From positions 2,112,001 to 2,176,000 of the forward strand of contig CAVYGB010000008.1 in the NCBI GenBank assembly GCA_963767925.1: 64,000 nucleotides of DNA, written 5' to 3'. Source of the DNA: an uncultured delta proteobacterium (GTDB lineage Bacteria; Myxococcota_A; Polyangia; Fen-1088). The position numbers and the translations under genes were made by a program. Under the pieces are notes generated by a model. The model had not been told where the DNA came from, did no database searches, and worked only from the letters and a program-made list of their open reading frames with translations. Shown here piece by piece: positions 30,817 through 41,971 of this stretch (positions are counted from its first letter, which is position 1; each line of letters opens with the position of its first letter).

Positions 30817-32520
30817 CTACGGAAGGTCGATGGGCCGGCGGAACCGGAAGGGATGGCTGGCGGCCAGCGCGACCATCAGGTCGGGCAGCCGGTGGCCGTC
30901 GCGGGCGAAGGCCGCCAGGGCGGCCTGCAGCGCGGGCCGGTCGCCCTCCGTGTCGAGACGCCCGAGGGCGTAGCGGAACCACTGCCGGGTCATGCAGGAC
31001 CGGACCTCGCTGGAGCGGGACAGCCGCTCGACCAGCTCGACCGCGTTCTTGACCGGGCCGTCCTGATCGGTGCCGCTGAGCTCGCTGCTGGCGTCGACAG
31101 GGACCCGACCGTCCATGGTGCGGAAGCGCCCGATGCCGTCGAAGCTCTCGAAGGCCAGCCCCAGGGGATCCATGAGGGCGTGGCAGGCGGCGCATTCGGG
31201 CTTGGTGCGGTGTTGCTCGAAGCGCACCCGGGTCGAGACGTTGGGGTCGGGCTTGGGCACCGTGGCGTCCACGTCCTGGGGCGGCTCGGGCGGGACCACA
31301 CACAGCAGGCGGTCGGAGATGACGTAGCCGCGCGCCACCGGCGAGCTCTGGTCGGGGTGCCCGTGTTTCGACAGGACGCCGGCCAGGGTGAGCACGCCGG
31401 CCCGCTGGCCCTCGGGCAGCTCGGTTCGCCGCAAGCTCGTCGCGTTGCCCCCGGTCGCCGCCGGCACGCCATAAAGACCGAACAGCGGTCCCCGCAGGAA
31501 GGAGTAGCGGGCGGTGAGCAGCGCCTCCAGGGTGCCGCCCCCGCTGTCCGTGCGGCGGCCCACCTGATCGACGAACTCGACGATCTCCTCGCGCATGGCG
31601 GCCCGCACCTCGGGCGTGAACATCGGGTAGACCTCGGGGTCCTTCTCCACGGTGAGCAGGTCGTCGACCTGCAGCCACTGCAGGTAGAAGGAGACCACGC
31701 TGTCGCGCGCCTTCGGGCTCTCGATCAGGCGCCGGGCCTGGGCGGCGACCTCGTCGGCGCTGCCCAGCCGCCCCGCCTCGGCGGCGGCGAACAGCTCCTG
31801 GTCGGGCATCGTGTTCTGGAGGAAATACGACAGGCGGGAGGCGGTCTCGTAGTGGGTGAGGGGCAGGCCCTCGCGGCCGGCGCGGCCCAGGTCTCCCAGC
31901 TCGGGCCGGTACAGGAAGTGCGGCGACTGCAACATGGTGCTCACGACCAGTGACAGCCCGCTGGCGAAGTCGCCCCCTTCGCGGCCGACCGCGAACAACG
32001 TGCGGTACTGCTCGGTCTCCTCGGCGGTGAGCGGCCGGCGGTAGGCCCGCTTGCCGAAGTCCCGCAGGAGCTCGCCCAGGCACTCCGCCTCGGGGCGGGC
32101 CGGCGGAGCGCAGGGGACGAGGCGAGCCATGTCGGCCACTGCCTTGGCGCCCAGGTCCTCGGCCACCTCGCGGTACTTCTCGAGCTGCAGCTCCTTGATT
32201 GGCGCCTTGGCGTTGGCCGCGAAGCCACCTTCGTCCTCGTCGAGGCCGAAGCCGGCGGCGGGGTCGCCGCCGATGCCCAGCAGGTCGCGGACGGTGTTGT
32301 TGTACTGGGCGCGGGTGAGGCGCCGCAGGGTGGTGGGAGCGAGATCGCCGCGCGCCTCGCCCGGCCGGGCGGGCTCCTGGCCGCCGCCGCCGGTGCCCCG
32401 ATTCGGGTCGATCCCGCCCTCCCCGACCGGCCCGATGCTTCCGGTGCAGCCAGCGAGCGCGAGGAGCCCGAGCATGACCGGTCCGCGGTGCTGCCGGATC
32501 ATGCAGAGACTTCGGTGCAT
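30817..32520 (-). CDS. DUF1592/DUF1588/DUF1585/DUF1595/DUF1587 lipoprotein
   Basis: Lipobox LAGC; LRRLTRAQYNNTVRDLLG, RAYRRPL, SPHFLYR.E, ASRLSYFL..MPD, SSPVARG, CAACH..DPLG..FESFD.IGR.R. Confidence 0.92.
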   Translation of the reverse strand: MHRSLCMIRQHRGPVMLGLLALAGCTGSIGPVGEGGIDPNRGTGGGGQEPARPGEARGDLAPTTLRRLTRAQYNNTVRDLLGIGGDPAAGFGLDEDEGGFAANAKAPIKELQLEKYREVAEDLGAKAVADMARLVPCAPPARPEAECLGELLRDFGKRAYRRPLTAEETEQYRTLFAVGREGGDFASGLSLVVSTMLQSPHFLYRPELGDLGRAGREGLPLTHYETASRLSYFLQNTMPDQELFAAAEAGRLGSADEVAAQARRLIESPKARDSVVSFYLQWLQVDDLLTVEKDPEVYPMFTPEVRAAMREEIVEFVDQVGRRTDSGGGTLEALLTARYSFLRGPLFGLYGVPAATGGNATSLRRTELPEGQRAGVLTLAGVLSKHGHPDQSSPVARGYVISDRLLCVVPPEPPQDVDATVPKPDPNVSTRVRFEQHRTKPECAACHALMDPLGLAFESFDGIGRFRTMDGRVPVDASSELSGTDQDGPVKNAVELVERLSRSSEVRSCMTRQWFRYALGRLDTEGDRPALQAALAAFARDGHRLPDLMVALAASHPFRFRRPIDLP

Positions 32521-32740
32521 CGAGAACCTCCTGAACGTTCGTCGGCGACCCTGCCGGGCCGGGGGAAGCTTCAGGCCCGCAGACGCGGACCTTGGTTAGA
32601 TCTAGTGAGCCTGGGCGCCATTCGTCACCCATTTTCCCGCGACTCGGCTTACCTGCGCGGCTTGCCTGCGCGCTGGCCCGTTTCGATCCGGGATCTGACG
32701 CACGCCTCAGATCCAGGAAAGTTGCCGTCGAACCGTTTTT

Positions 32741-35700
32741 CTAGTCGCGCACTTCGAGGCTGGCCAGCTTGCTCGCCACGAATCCGGGGCGGAAGGCCGC
32801 AGCGCGCACCGTCGTCCCCGGCGCGACCCGGAACGCTCCCGTGTACCGGGGGGTCTCCGGCCCGGGGCCGGTGCCGTCGACCGTGTAGTGGATGGCGGCC
32901 TCGGAATCGGGGTGGGCGAGCGTGATCTCGATCGGCCGCCCGCGCGGGCCGGGTGGCGCGCGGCGGATGGTGACCCCGGCCAGCGCCCCCGGACCGGGGA
33001 GCTCCTGGATCCAGGCGCGCAGCAGGTCCATCGCCTCCTGGTGCACGAGCAGGTTGCCGATCGGGGGCATCAACTTGCGCGACATGAAGGAGTAGACCCG
33101 CGAGCGCTCCGGCGAGCGGGGGTGGATCATCAGGTCAGCGACGTGGGTGACGTTGGGCCAGCGCACCGGCGCGCTGACCAGCGCCTGCCGGGCCAGCGGG
33201 ATGTCGTAACGGGCGTCGAAGGCGACCTGGGCGACCATGCCGGGCCGGTGGCATTGGGAGCAGTTGACGTCGAGGTACGAGCGCACCCGATCCTCGAGGG
33301 TGGCGGTTCGATCGCCGATCGGGACCAGCCTCCGGAAGCCGTGGATCTGCACCGGCTCGAGGGAGGTGTCGAGCAGGCCGCGGTCCTGGGCGAGAACGAG
33401 CTGGTTGACCCGCCCCTCGGCCACCGGGGCGTCGCGGTTCCACTGCCGGGTACTGGCGCCGAGGACGAAGCCGGCGGCGGCGGTGTGGCAGGCCGCGCAG
33501 TCCCCGTCACCCGGGTAGAGGTGATCCCGCACCTCACAGCGGATCGAGGCCTGGACGGTCGCCCGGGCGGGCGGACCCTGGCCGCTGGCGGCGGTGGACC
33601 GCAGCGCCGGGCCGACGAGGAGAGGCCCCTCCCCTTCTCCGGTCAGGGCCGCGGCCTCCTGCCAGAGGTGGCCGTCGGGGCCGGTGAACACCGTGAGGGT
33701 CCCGCGCGCGCGCTGCAGCCGGATCCACGACCCGGCGGGCGCCTCGACCTGGCTCACCGAGACGGGGCCGCCCGCGCGCTCGCGCCGCTCCAGCCGCAGC
33801 CGGCCGGCGCCCGGCTCCCAGGCGGCAAACAGGTGGGCCGCGGCGGCGGTCCGCTCCCGCCGGGCCATCAGCCCCACCGATCCGCCAGTGGCCGGCGCGA
33901 AGGCAGCGGCGACGTCGAAGTCTCCCGTCTCCGTGATCCCGGCGAACAGGGTGTCGCCCGGGGGGCTCTCGAGCTCCATCCGGCCGTCCGGGTTGGCGAT
34001 GGCGTCGCCGGGCGTCCCGCCCGTGAGGGTGGCCGCCTGCAGCGGTCCGAAGGCGCGCCGGGAGGTGGTGGTGAGGCGTTCGGTCACGGGCGCGGTCAGG
34101 AGGTCGGCGTCGCCTCCGTCGGCGCGCCACTTGTAGGTGCGACCGTAGACCCCGCCGGAGCGGTCGAGCACGAGCACCCGCGTCTCGAGGCGCCGCGTCT
34201 GCCGGACGTCGCGCTCGTCGACCCTCAGATCGAAGTGCTTGACCGCGACGGTGCCCGCCGGGAACGTCCAGTCCCCTTCGGCCCGGAAGCCGATCCGCTG
34301 GCCCGCCGGCAGGAGCAGCCAGCGGGTCTTGTCGGCGTGGTCCGACCAGAAGGGCGCGTTCACCTCGTAGGGGAACATCGCCGCCGCCGGCTTCAGGGCG
34401 GCGACGTCCTCGAACAGGCCGGTGTCCGACAGGGTGGCGGGGGCAGGCCGCTCGGCCTTCGGCGCCCGGACCAGCTTCTGCAGCGTCCCCGTGCCCCGGT
34501 GGTTGTCGCCGAGGACGCACAGGTAGGGCTCACCCTTGTCGTCGAGAGCGAAGGAGGAGAGCCCGGCGTAGACCGTCATGTGGATCGGCAGGCGCACCAG
34601 CGGCTCGACCGGGGCGGGGGCGGAGGCTCCACCGGCCAGCGACCAGATCTGGCCGCTGCCGTTGTCGCCGAACAGGTAGCGCCCGGTCAGCTCGGAGAAG
34701 GCGCCGCCCCGGTATACGAGGCCGCCGATCACCGAGCCGGAGGTCTGGTGGGTGAAGGTGAACAGGGGTCCGCGCTCGGCGCCGCGCAGGCTGGCCGGGC
34801 GGGGCCAGCGGGTCGGCTCGCTGCCCTCGAGGAAGTTCCACTGGTAGTTGCCGCCCCGCTCGACGACGTTGACCTCCTCGATGCGGCGGTCGCCGACGTC
34901 GCCGACGAAGATCCGGCGGGTGCCCGGGTCGTAGCTGGCCCGGTGGGGGTTGCGCAGGCCGATGGCGAAGAACTCCTCGAGGTGCGCGCCGCCGGGATGG
35001 AGCCAGGGGTTGTCGCTGGGGATGAAGTAGCCCTGGGTGCGCCCGCTCCTCGGCTGGCGGCGGATGGGGTGGCTGATGGCGCCGCCGCGGCGGTCGACGT
35101 CGATGCGCAGGAGGCCCGAGAGCAGGTCCCGGTCGATGCGCTGGGGATCGTCGGTCACCCCGATCCAGTAGTAGGTGCGGCTCTCGGTCAGCGGGTGGCC
35201 GCCGTCTCCCACCGCCAGGTAGAGGAAGCCGTCGTCGGGGTGGAAGAACATGCCGCCGCCCTGGTGGTCCGTGTTGCTGCGCGGCTGATCGATGAGGACC
35301 AGCTCCGACGCCGGATCGGCGGTGAGCGAGCCGTCTGGCAAGGTGAAGCGCGACAGGCGGTTGCTGCTGGGGTGGCCCAGGTAGGGCTGCTCGGGTCCCC
35401 GGGGCGCCTTCTCGGTGTGGTTGTACCAGATGTAAAAGTAGCCACGGTTGGGCGAGCCGGGCCGGCCGAAGTCCGGGTGGAACACGAGGTTGAGCAGGCC
35501 GCTGTCCTGCCAGCCGAGGGTGTGCGCCCGCAGGTCCAGGACGGCGTGTTTGTCCCGGGCGTCCTCCCGGTTCGCCACCGTCACGATGCGCCCCTCGCGC
35601 TCGCCGATGAACCAGCGCCCGGGGCTCCGGGGCGGCATCACCGCGAAGACCGGATTCTGGAAGCGGAGGTGCGGCAGCGCGTTCCGGATGGTGAAGGCCC

Positions 35701-35833
35701 GGTCCGGCTCGTCGAGCGGCATGCGCGACGGCGAGGGGGGCGGGCCGGAGCGACAGGAGGCCACCCCCAGGCCGGCGGCGAGGAGGACCGCCAGGGCGAG
35801 GTTCCAAAACGGCAGGGTCAACACGGCCGGCAA
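32741..35833 (-). CDS. PQQ-dependent sugar dehydrogenase-like propeller fused to c-type cytochrome motifs and a C-terminal Fn3-associated domain
   Basis: Lipobox VASC; HQGGGM.F, GLRNPHR.S, YEVNAPFWSD.A.K.RW, CAACH and CSQCH, IHYTVDGT.P...YTG. Confidence 0.82.
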   Translation of the reverse strand: MPAVLTLPFWNLALAVLLAAGLGVASCRSGPPPSPSRMPLDEPDRAFTIRNALPHLRFQNPVFAVMPPRSPGRWFIGEREGRIVTVANREDARDKHAVLDLRAHTLGWQDSGLLNLVFHPDFGRPGSPNRGYFYIWYNHTEKAPRGPEQPYLGHPSSNRLSRFTLPDGSLTADPASELVLIDQPRSNTDHQGGGMFFHPDDGFLYLAVGDGGHPLTESRTYYWIGVTDDPQRIDRDLLSGLLRIDVDRRGGAISHPIRRQPRSGRTQGYFIPSDNPWLHPGGAHLEEFFAIGLRNPHRASYDPGTRRIFVGDVGDRRIEEVNVVERGGNYQWNFLEGSEPTRWPRPASLRGAERGPLFTFTHQTSGSVIGGLVYRGGAFSELTGRYLFGDNGSGQIWSLAGGASAPAPVEPLVRLPIHMTVYAGLSSFALDDKGEPYLCVLGDNHRGTGTLQKLVRAPKAERPAPATLSDTGLFEDVAALKPAAAMFPYEVNAPFWSDHADKTRWLLLPAGQRIGFRAEGDWTFPAGTVAVKHFDLRVDERDVRQTRRLETRVLVLDRSGGVYGRTYKWRADGGDADLLTAPVTERLTTTSRRAFGPLQAATLTGGTPGDAIANPDGRMELESPPGDTLFAGITETGDFDVAAAFAPATGGSVGLMARRERTAAAAHLFAAWEPGAGRLRLERRERAGGPVSVSQVEAPAGSWIRLQRARGTLTVFTGPDGHLWQEAAALTGEGEGPLLVGPALRSTAASGQGPPARATVQASIRCEVRDHLYPGDGDCAACHTAAAGFVLGASTRQWNRDAPVAEGRVNQLVLAQDRGLLDTSLEPVQIHGFRRLVPIGDRTATLEDRVRSYLDVNCSQCHRPGMVAQVAFDARYDIPLARQALVSAPVRWPNVTHVADLMIHPRSPERSRVYSFMSRKLMPPIGNLLVHQEAMDLLRAWIQELPGPGALAGVTIRRAPPGPRGRPIEITLAHPDSEAAIHYTVDGTGPGPETPRYTGAFRVAPGTTVRAAAFRPGFVASKLASLEVRD

Positions 35834-35885
35834 TCTACTCCGCCGCCCGGCCGGCGCCGAAGGGGCGTTGCACCGGCCAGGCGGG

Positions 35886-36431
35886 TCATTCGGGCTTGCC
35901 GGTCTCGACGAAGCGTACGAGACGCGCCGCCTGCTCGCCGATGACCCGGTCGACCGGCCCGGCGAGCGAGGTCAGACCGTGGGACGGGTCGCCGCTGACT
36001 CGGTAGGTGACGATCAGGTTCGTCACCGCGGGCTGGTTGGCCGCCGCGGGGCGGGGATCGAGGTGGAAGGTGAGGACCCCGGTCACCGCCAGGCCCAGCA
36101 GGGGGCCCAGGGCCGCGCTCAGGCGCAGGAGCTTGTCGCGCTCGGCCTGCACCACCCGGCCGTGCTCCACGCTCCCGTCCTTCCAGCGCTCGCAGAAGCA
36201 GGCCCCCGCTTCGGTGCGCAGGCTGAGGTGGGCGGCGCTGCCCGAAAACGTGTGCTGGCTGCTCCACCAGCGGTCGACCCGGCCGAAGGCCCGGTAGACC
36301 GCGGCGGCGGGCGCGGTTGTCGAGAGCTTGTGGGCCACGGTCAGGGCGTGGGCGGCCGAGCTTGTCACCTCGGCGCGGGCGGCGGTCGCCGGCAAGATCA
36401 GCAGGAGGCAGAGGAGGGGGCGCGATCTCAT
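35886..36431 (-). CDS. Secreted SRPBCC/START-like domain protein
   Basis: Signal peptide ending ARA; WWSSQHTFSG, AGACFCE, VEHGRVV, LRLSAALGPL, PVDRVIGEQ..RL. Confidence 0.7.
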   Translation of the reverse strand: MRSRPLLCLLLILPATAARAEVTSSAAHALTVAHKLSTTAPAAAVYRAFGRVDRWWSSQHTFSGSAAHLSLRTEAGACFCERWKDGSVEHGRVVQAERDKLLRLSAALGPLLGLAVTGVLTFHLDPRPAAANQPAVTNLIVTYRVSGDPSHGLTSLAGPVDRVIGEQAARLVRFVETGKPE

Positions 36432-36471
36432 CCCAATCGTTTTATCACCCGCCGACCCCGCCCGATCGCGC

Positions 36472-36693
36472 TCAGGTCTTCATCGGGGGCGTCGGCTCGG
36501 GTGGGTCGATCGGCGGTTCGGTGGGCGGCTCGCGCGGCCACTCGGCCGGCGGCTCCCTGGGCGGATCGTTGCGCGGGGGCTCCTCCGGGGGCGGGTCGCC
36601 GGCAGGCGGCAGCACGGGGGGCGTCGGTTCGGGCGGATCCTGGATCGGCTCGGGGCCTGGAGGGCCGCCGGGGTCGCGGATGGGTTCGCTCAC
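36472..36693 (-). CDS. Small Pro/acidic-rich protein (73 aa)
   Basis: Repeated DPP/EPP units; co-oriented with downstream genes. Confidence 0.5.
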   Translation of the reverse strand: MSEPIRDPGGPPGPEPIQDPPEPTPPVLPPAGDPPPEEPPRNDPPREPPAEWPREPPTEPPIDPPEPTPPMKT

Positions 36694-36962
36694 CGGGACA
36701 AGGTGGGTCCGCCCCGGGCCGGCGTCGACGACGCAACGCCGCTAGACCGGAGTCCGGGCAGGCGAACACCTGTCCAGGGAGACTAGGTGGGGCTCACCTC
36801 GCGCATGCACACCTGCCCTCGCAGCTCTCGGGCGAGCAGCCGCAGCGGGTGGCCATCTTCGTCGTCACCTGCCGCTTGCCGGACCCGCCGCAAGCGGCCT
36901 GACGACTCTCACCGTCGGGCCTGGCCGGCCCGGGCAGCCTGTGGGATACCGGATGGTCGACC

Positions 36963-39320
36963 ATGTCGAAGCACGCACACCACGGAGGCGCGCCCCTCTC
37001 TTCCCTGCCGACCGAGACCGATCCGGTGTGTGGGATGAAGGTCGCCGCCGACGGCCCCCTGCACACGACGTTCGAGGGCAAGACCTACCGGTTCTGTGGC
37101 CGGCGCTGTCTGGCCCGGTTCCAGGCCGATCCGCCCGCCTTCCTCCGCCAGGCCGAGGCGACCGCGCCGGCTCGCCCGGCGGCGGCGCCCGCCGCCAGCG
37201 CCGGCAGCGAATGGACCTGCCCGATGCACCCGGAGATCGTGCGGAGCAGGCCGGGGAGCTGCCCGATCTGCGGCATGGCCCTCGAGCCCCGGACCGTCGA
37301 TGCGAGCGCCCAGGAGAACCCCGAGCTGGTCGACATGCGCCGTCGCCTCTGGGTGAGCGCCCTGCTGACGGCGCCCCTGGTGGTCATCGCCATGGCCGAC
37401 CTGCTCCCCGGGGCCTGGGCCCACCGGTTGAGCGGGAGCCCCCTGCGGACCTGGACCCAGCTCGTCCTCGCGACGCCGGTCGTGCTCTGGGGGGGCTGGC
37501 CCTTCTTCCAGCGGGGCTACCAGTCCCTGGTCAACCGCAGCCTCAACATGTTCTCGCTGATCGCCCTCGGGGTGGGCGTGGCCTACCTGTACAGCCTGGT
37601 GGCGACCGCCCTGCCCGGCCTGTTCCCGGCCTCCCTGCGCGACCACGCCGGCCAGGTGGGCGTCTACTTCGAGGCGGCGGCGGTGATCGTCACCCTCGTG
37701 CTGGTGGGACAGGTGCTCGAGCTGCGCGCCCGGGGGCGGACCGGCGCGGCCCTGCGCAGCCTGCTCGAGCTGGTGCCGCCGCAGGCCCGGCGGCTGCGCA
37801 CCGACGGGACCGAGGAGGACGTCGCGGTGGCCGAGATCCGGGTGGGCGACCGCCTGCGGGTCCGCCCGGGCGAGAAGCTCCCGGTCGACGGCAGCGTGCT
37901 CGAGGGCCACAGCGTTGTCGACGAGGCGATGCTGACCGGGGAGCCCCTCCCGGTCGAAAAGCAGGCGCGGGCCACGGTCTCGGCCGGGACGGTCAACGGC
38001 AACGGGACGCTTGTCGTGCGGGCGGACCGGGTGGGGGCCGAGACGCTGCTGGCCCAGATCGTCCAGCTCGTGGGACAGGCCCAGCGCAGCCGGGCGCCCG
38101 TCCAGCGGCTGGCCGACCGGGTCTCGGCGATCTTCGTGCCGCTGGTGATGGCGGTCGCGGTCCTGACCTTCGTGGTGTGGGCCCTCGCGGGACCGCCGCC
38201 CCGCCTGACCTACGCCCTGGTCAACGCCATCTCCGTGCTGATCATCGCCTGCCCCTGCGCCCTGGGGCTGGCCACGCCGATGTCGATCATGGTCGCGGTC
38301 GGGCGGGCGGCCACCCTTGGGATCCTGTTCCGCAACGCCGAGGCGATCGAGGTGCTGCGCAAGGTCGACACCCTGGTGGTGGACAAGACCGGCACCCTCA
38401 CCGAGGGCAAGCCGACCCTGGTGGCGGTTGTGCCGGCGCGCGATCAGGACGAGCGGGCGATGCTGGCGGCGGCGGTGAGCCTCGAGCGGGCCAGCGAGCA
38501 CCCGCTGGCCGGGGCCATCGTCAAGGGCGTGGAAGCGCGGGGCATCGCCCCCGAGCCGGTGCAGCGCTTCGAGGCCATCCCCGGCCGGGGGGTCCAGGGC
38601 GACGTCGCCGGCCGCCGGGTGCTGGTCGGCAACCTCAAGCTGCTCGAGGAGCAGGGGATCGCGCTCGGTGAGCTGGCGGGCTGGGCCGACCAGCTCCGGT
38701 CCGACGGGAACACCGTCATGTTCGTCGCCATCGAGGGGCGGGCGGCCGGGCTGCTCGCGGTGGCCGATCCCATCAAGGCCTCCACGCCCGAGGCGGTCGC
38801 CGCCCTGCGGGCCGAGGGGCTGGACCTCGTGATGATGACCGGGGACAATCGCATCACAGCCGAGGCGGTCGCGCGCAAGCTGGGCATCGAGGTGGTGGTG
38901 GCCGAGGTGCTGCCCGCCGGGAAGGCCGGTCAGATCGCCCGCCTGCAGAAGGCCGGCCGGCGGGTGGCGATGGCCGGCGACGGCATCAACGACGCGCCCG
39001 CCCTGGCCCAGGCCGAGGTGGGGATCGCGATGGGCACGGGGGCCGACATCGCCAAGGAGAGCGCCCAGGTCGTCCTGGTACGGGGGGACCTGCGGGGCAT
39101 CGTGCGCGCGCGCCGCCTCTCGCAGGCAACCATGCGCAACATCGGGCAGAACCTGTTCTTCGCCTTCGTCTACAACGCCCTCGGCGTCCCCCTCGGCGCC
39201 GGGGTGCTCTACCCCGTGTTCGGGGTGCTGCTGTCGCCGATGTTCGCCGCGGGGGCCATGGCGCTCAGCTCGGTGTCGGTGATCGCGAACGCCCTCCGGC
39301 TGCGCGCGACCCGCGTCTAG
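36963..39320 (+). CDS. copA: Copper-translocating P1B-type ATPase with YHS and CPMHP metal-binding domains
   Basis: DPVCGM..YRFC...[62 protein letters not shown]. Confidence 0.95.
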   Translation: MSKHAHHGGAPLSSLPTETDPVCGMKVAADGPLHTTFEGKTYRFCGRRCLARFQADPPAFLRQAEATAPARPAAAPAASAGSEWTCPMHPEIVRSRPGSCPICGMALEPRTVDASAQENPELVDMRRRLWVSALLTAPLVVIAMADLLPGAWAHRLSGSPLRTWTQLVLATPVVLWGGWPFFQRGYQSLVNRSLNMFSLIALGVGVAYLYSLVATALPGLFPASLRDHAGQVGVYFEAAAVIVTLVLVGQVLELRARGRTGAALRSLLELVPPQARRLRTDGTEEDVAVAEIRVGDRLRVRPGEKLPVDGSVLEGHSVVDEAMLTGEPLPVEKQARATVSAGTVNGNGTLVVRADRVGAETLLAQIVQLVGQAQRSRAPVQRLADRVSAIFVPLVMAVAVLTFVVWALAGPPPRLTYALVNAISVLIIACPCALGLATPMSIMVAVGRAATLGILFRNAEAIEVLRKVDTLVVDKTGTLTEGKPTLVAVVPARDQDERAMLAAAVSLERASEHPLAGAIVKGVEARGIAPEPVQRFEAIPGRGVQGDVAGRRVLVGNLKLLEEQGIALGELAGWADQLRSDGNTVMFVAIEGRAAGLLAVADPIKASTPEAVAALRAEGLDLVMMTGDNRITAEAVARKLGIEVVVAEVLPAGKAGQIARLQKAGRRVAMAGDGINDAPALAQAEVGIAMGTGADIAKESAQVVLVRGDLRGIVRARRLSQATMRNIGQNLFFAFVYNALGVPLGAGVLYPVFGVLLSPMFAAGAMALSSVSVIANALRLRATRV

Positions 39321-39437
39321 TGTCACACTAGCCGCCTCGAGCGACAGCGGTCCCCTCGAGGGATCGGGGCGCCGGCGCGGGCGCGTGGGATCCGGGCGAC
39401 GGCTGCGGGCACGCCGGCTGCAGTGGGCAGGGGCAGG

Positions 39438-40130
39438 ATGAAACCTGCCTGGCTCGTGATCTTCCCGTTCGCCGCGGCGATCGGGATCGCGCCCGTTCTA
39501 TCGACCCACGCCGCGCCGCCGGCCCCACCCCTCCACAGCAAGCCCGCGCTCCCCCTCGAAGCGGTGCCCTGGACGGAGCGGACCCGGCCGCGATCGGCCC
39601 GCCCCGCGCCCGCGCCGAGTGGGCCCCTGCTGACGCTCGACCAGTTCATCGGCCAGCGGCAACAGCAGATCCACCGCCTCAACCAGGTGGTGCTCGACAA
39701 GTTTCAGCGGCTGCTGCGGGTGACGGCGCCCGATGACACAAACCGGGCCGACCTGCACTACCGCATCGCCGAGCTGTACGCCGAGCAGCAGCGGCACCAC
39801 CGCTTCCTCACGCGGGCGATGGACCAGCCGATCTTCGAGGCCAGCGGGGCGCGGCGCGCGGCCTTGCAGGAGGAGCAGCGGCAACACGCCCGCCAGGAGG
39901 CGGCCTGGAAGATCAAGGCGGTCGAGTCGTACCTGCAGCCCCGCTCACCGCCGACGCCGACTTCACCCGGGAGATGGTCTCGATCCCTAGCGACGGCCTC
40001 GTCCGGGAGGCCAAGCGGCACGAGCGGGCGAAGAACTTCCGGGCCTGCGCCCGCGCCATGTTGCAGGCCGCCGAGTCGCTGCCCACCCACGCTCGCCGCG
40101 CCGAACGCCTGCACGACGCCGCCTACATGA
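39438..40130 (+). pseudogene. Truncated AgmU/GltD-like TPR protein remnant
   Basis: Signal peptide; RLLRVT.PDD..RADLHYRIAELYAEQQR..MDQPIFE, then a jump to a second TPR-like piece in another frame; family call from recall. Confidence 0.45.
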
Positions 40131-40249
40131 TGGCGTTATTCGTCCAGCGCCGGGCGGCGCCGATCGGCTCGGGCCGCACCTCGTCGCGGGCCAGGGCCCG
40201 GGCCCGCACCCGGAGCTGGGTGTCGCGCTGGCGGAGGGCTCGGCGCAGG

Positions 40250-40385
40250 CGCCGACAGGCTGGGGAACCGGTCGCCCTGCGCGGTGGCCAGCGCCCGGTT
40301 GATCACCGGCCCGACCGGGGCAGATCGGCCAGGCCGATGGGGGTGAGATCGGCGCGGGTGGTCCGGGCGGAAGGAACGGTGGCGC
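40250..40385 (-). pseudogene. Possible Ser/Thr kinase C-lobe scrap
   Basis: VPSARTTRADL.../PVINRALATAQGDRFPS resembles kinase subdomains X-XI. Confidence 0.3.
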
Positions 40386-40536
40386 CGCGGTGCGGGTTGT
40401 GTCCAGGCAGTCCATGGTCGACGGGGGTTCGTCTCCCTGGTGAGCGGACGTTTCTGGCACATTGTAGCCCAGGCGTGATGGCGGCCTGCGACGACTTTCT
40501 TGCCGCGCTCGCCTCCCGGGGCGGGACGCGGATCGG

Positions 40537-40683
40537 CGCGCCATCGTGCTCGAGGCGCTGGCGGCTTCGGGAGGGAATCAGAAGCTGCCGGCGGAGCACC
40601 TGGGGATCAACCGGCGGACGCTGCCGCGCTGGCTGGATCAGCTCGGCGTCGTTCGGCCGCGCAGCAGCGTGCGACACCCCTGA
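40537..40683 (+). pseudogene. Fis-type HTH remnant of a sigma54 activator
   Basis: RAIVLEALAASGGNQKLPAEHLGINRRTLPRWLDQLGVVRPR; no AAA+ domain upstream. Confidence 0.55.
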
Positions 40684-40689
40684 GCGGGC

Positions 40690-41871
40690 TCAGCGGGTGT
40701 ACATCGTCACGACGCAGGCGCCGCCGAGGCCCAGGTTGTGCTGGAGGGCGATCGCGGCGCCCTCGACCTGGCGGCTGCCGCAGCGGCCGCGGAGCTGCTG
40801 GTTGAGCTCGAAGCACTGGGCCAGGCCGGTGGCGCCGAGGGGGTGGCCTTTCGAGAGCAGGCCGCCCGAGGGGTTGACCACCCAGCGTCCGCCATAAGTT
40901 GTGGCGTCCTCGTCCACCAGCTTGCCCCCCTCCCCTTCCCCACACAGGCCCAGGCCCTCGTAGGTGATGAGCTCGTTGGTGGTGAAGCAGTCGTGCAGCT
41001 CGATGACGTCGACCTCGTCGGGCCCCACTCCGCTCTCCTCGTACACCTCGCGGGCGGCCGCCCGGGTCATGTCGAGGCCGATCATCTTGATCATCGAGCG
41101 GGGCTCGAAAGAGGAGGAGAAGTCGGTCTTCAGCGCCATGCTGGCGATGGTCACCGCCCCCTCGATGCCGCGGCGGCGGGCGAAGTCCTCCGAGCAGACA
41201 ACGGCGGCGGCGGCGCCGTCGGTTGTCGGACAGCACTGGAACCTGGTCAGGGGGTCGAAGATCATCGGCGAGGCCAGGACCTCCTCCACGGTGCAGGCCT
41301 GGCGGAACTGCGAGCGCTCGTTGTCGACGGCGTGACGCCGGTTCTTGGCCGCGATCTTGGCGAGCTGGCGCGCCGTGGTCCCGTATTGCCGCATGTGCTC
41401 GCGCCCGGCACCCCCGAACATCTGCGCCGGGAAGGGGGCCTCGGCGTCCCCCTGCACCTCGTTCATGACCTCCATGTGTCGGTCGAGGGGGTTGGTCCGG
41501 TCGCCATAGCGGGTGGTGAGCGACCCCTTCTCCATCTTCTCGAACCCCAGGGCCAGGACACACTCCGAGATGCCCGACCCCACCGCCTGGTAGGCGAGCA
41601 TCAAGGCGGTCGATCCGGTCGAGCAGTTGTTGTTCACGTTGTAGACGGGGATGCCGGTCAAGCCGAGCTGGTAGATGGCCCGCTGGCCGCTCGTCGAGTC
41701 TCCGTACACGTAGCCCACGTAGGCCTGCTGGATCTCGTGGTAGCCCACACCGGCGTCGGCCAGGGCCGCCTCCCCCGCCTCCCGGGTCAGGGTGGGATAG
41801 TCCATCGTCCCGGGCTTGAAGAACCGGGTCATGCCGACCCCTGCCACGCAAACCTTGCGGGCGAGCTTCAT
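40690..41871 (-). CDS. SCP-x-type thiolase (lipid-transfer protein)
   Basis: [66 protein letters not shown]. Confidence 0.95.
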   Translation of the reverse strand: MKLARKVCVAGVGMTRFFKPGTMDYPTLTREAGEAALADAGVGYHEIQQAYVGYVYGDSTSGQRAIYQLGLTGIPVYNVNNNCSTGSTALMLAYQAVGSGISECVLALGFEKMEKGSLTTRYGDRTNPLDRHMEVMNEVQGDAEAPFPAQMFGGAGREHMRQYGTTARQLAKIAAKNRRHAVDNERSQFRQACTVEEVLASPMIFDPLTRFQCCPTTDGAAAAVVCSEDFARRRGIEGAVTIASMALKTDFSSSFEPRSMIKMIGLDMTRAAAREVYEESGVGPDEVDVIELHDCFTTNELITYEGLGLCGEGEGGKLVDEDATTYGGRWVVNPSGGLLSKGHPLGATGLAQCFELNQQLRGRCGSRQVEGAAIALQHNLGLGGACVVTMYTR

Positions 41872-41971
41872 GCCCAAAGGGTAGCACCCGACCGATCGGA
41901 GGCGGTCCGGTAATCCAGCAAAGGACTCCCGCGCAGGCGGGGGCGACCCCACCTTGCGGGCAGAGGATCAA

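Noticed and set aside
36472..36693. Pro-rich peptide as a RiPP precursor
   Set aside because: No modifying enzyme, peptidase or dedicated exporter nearby.
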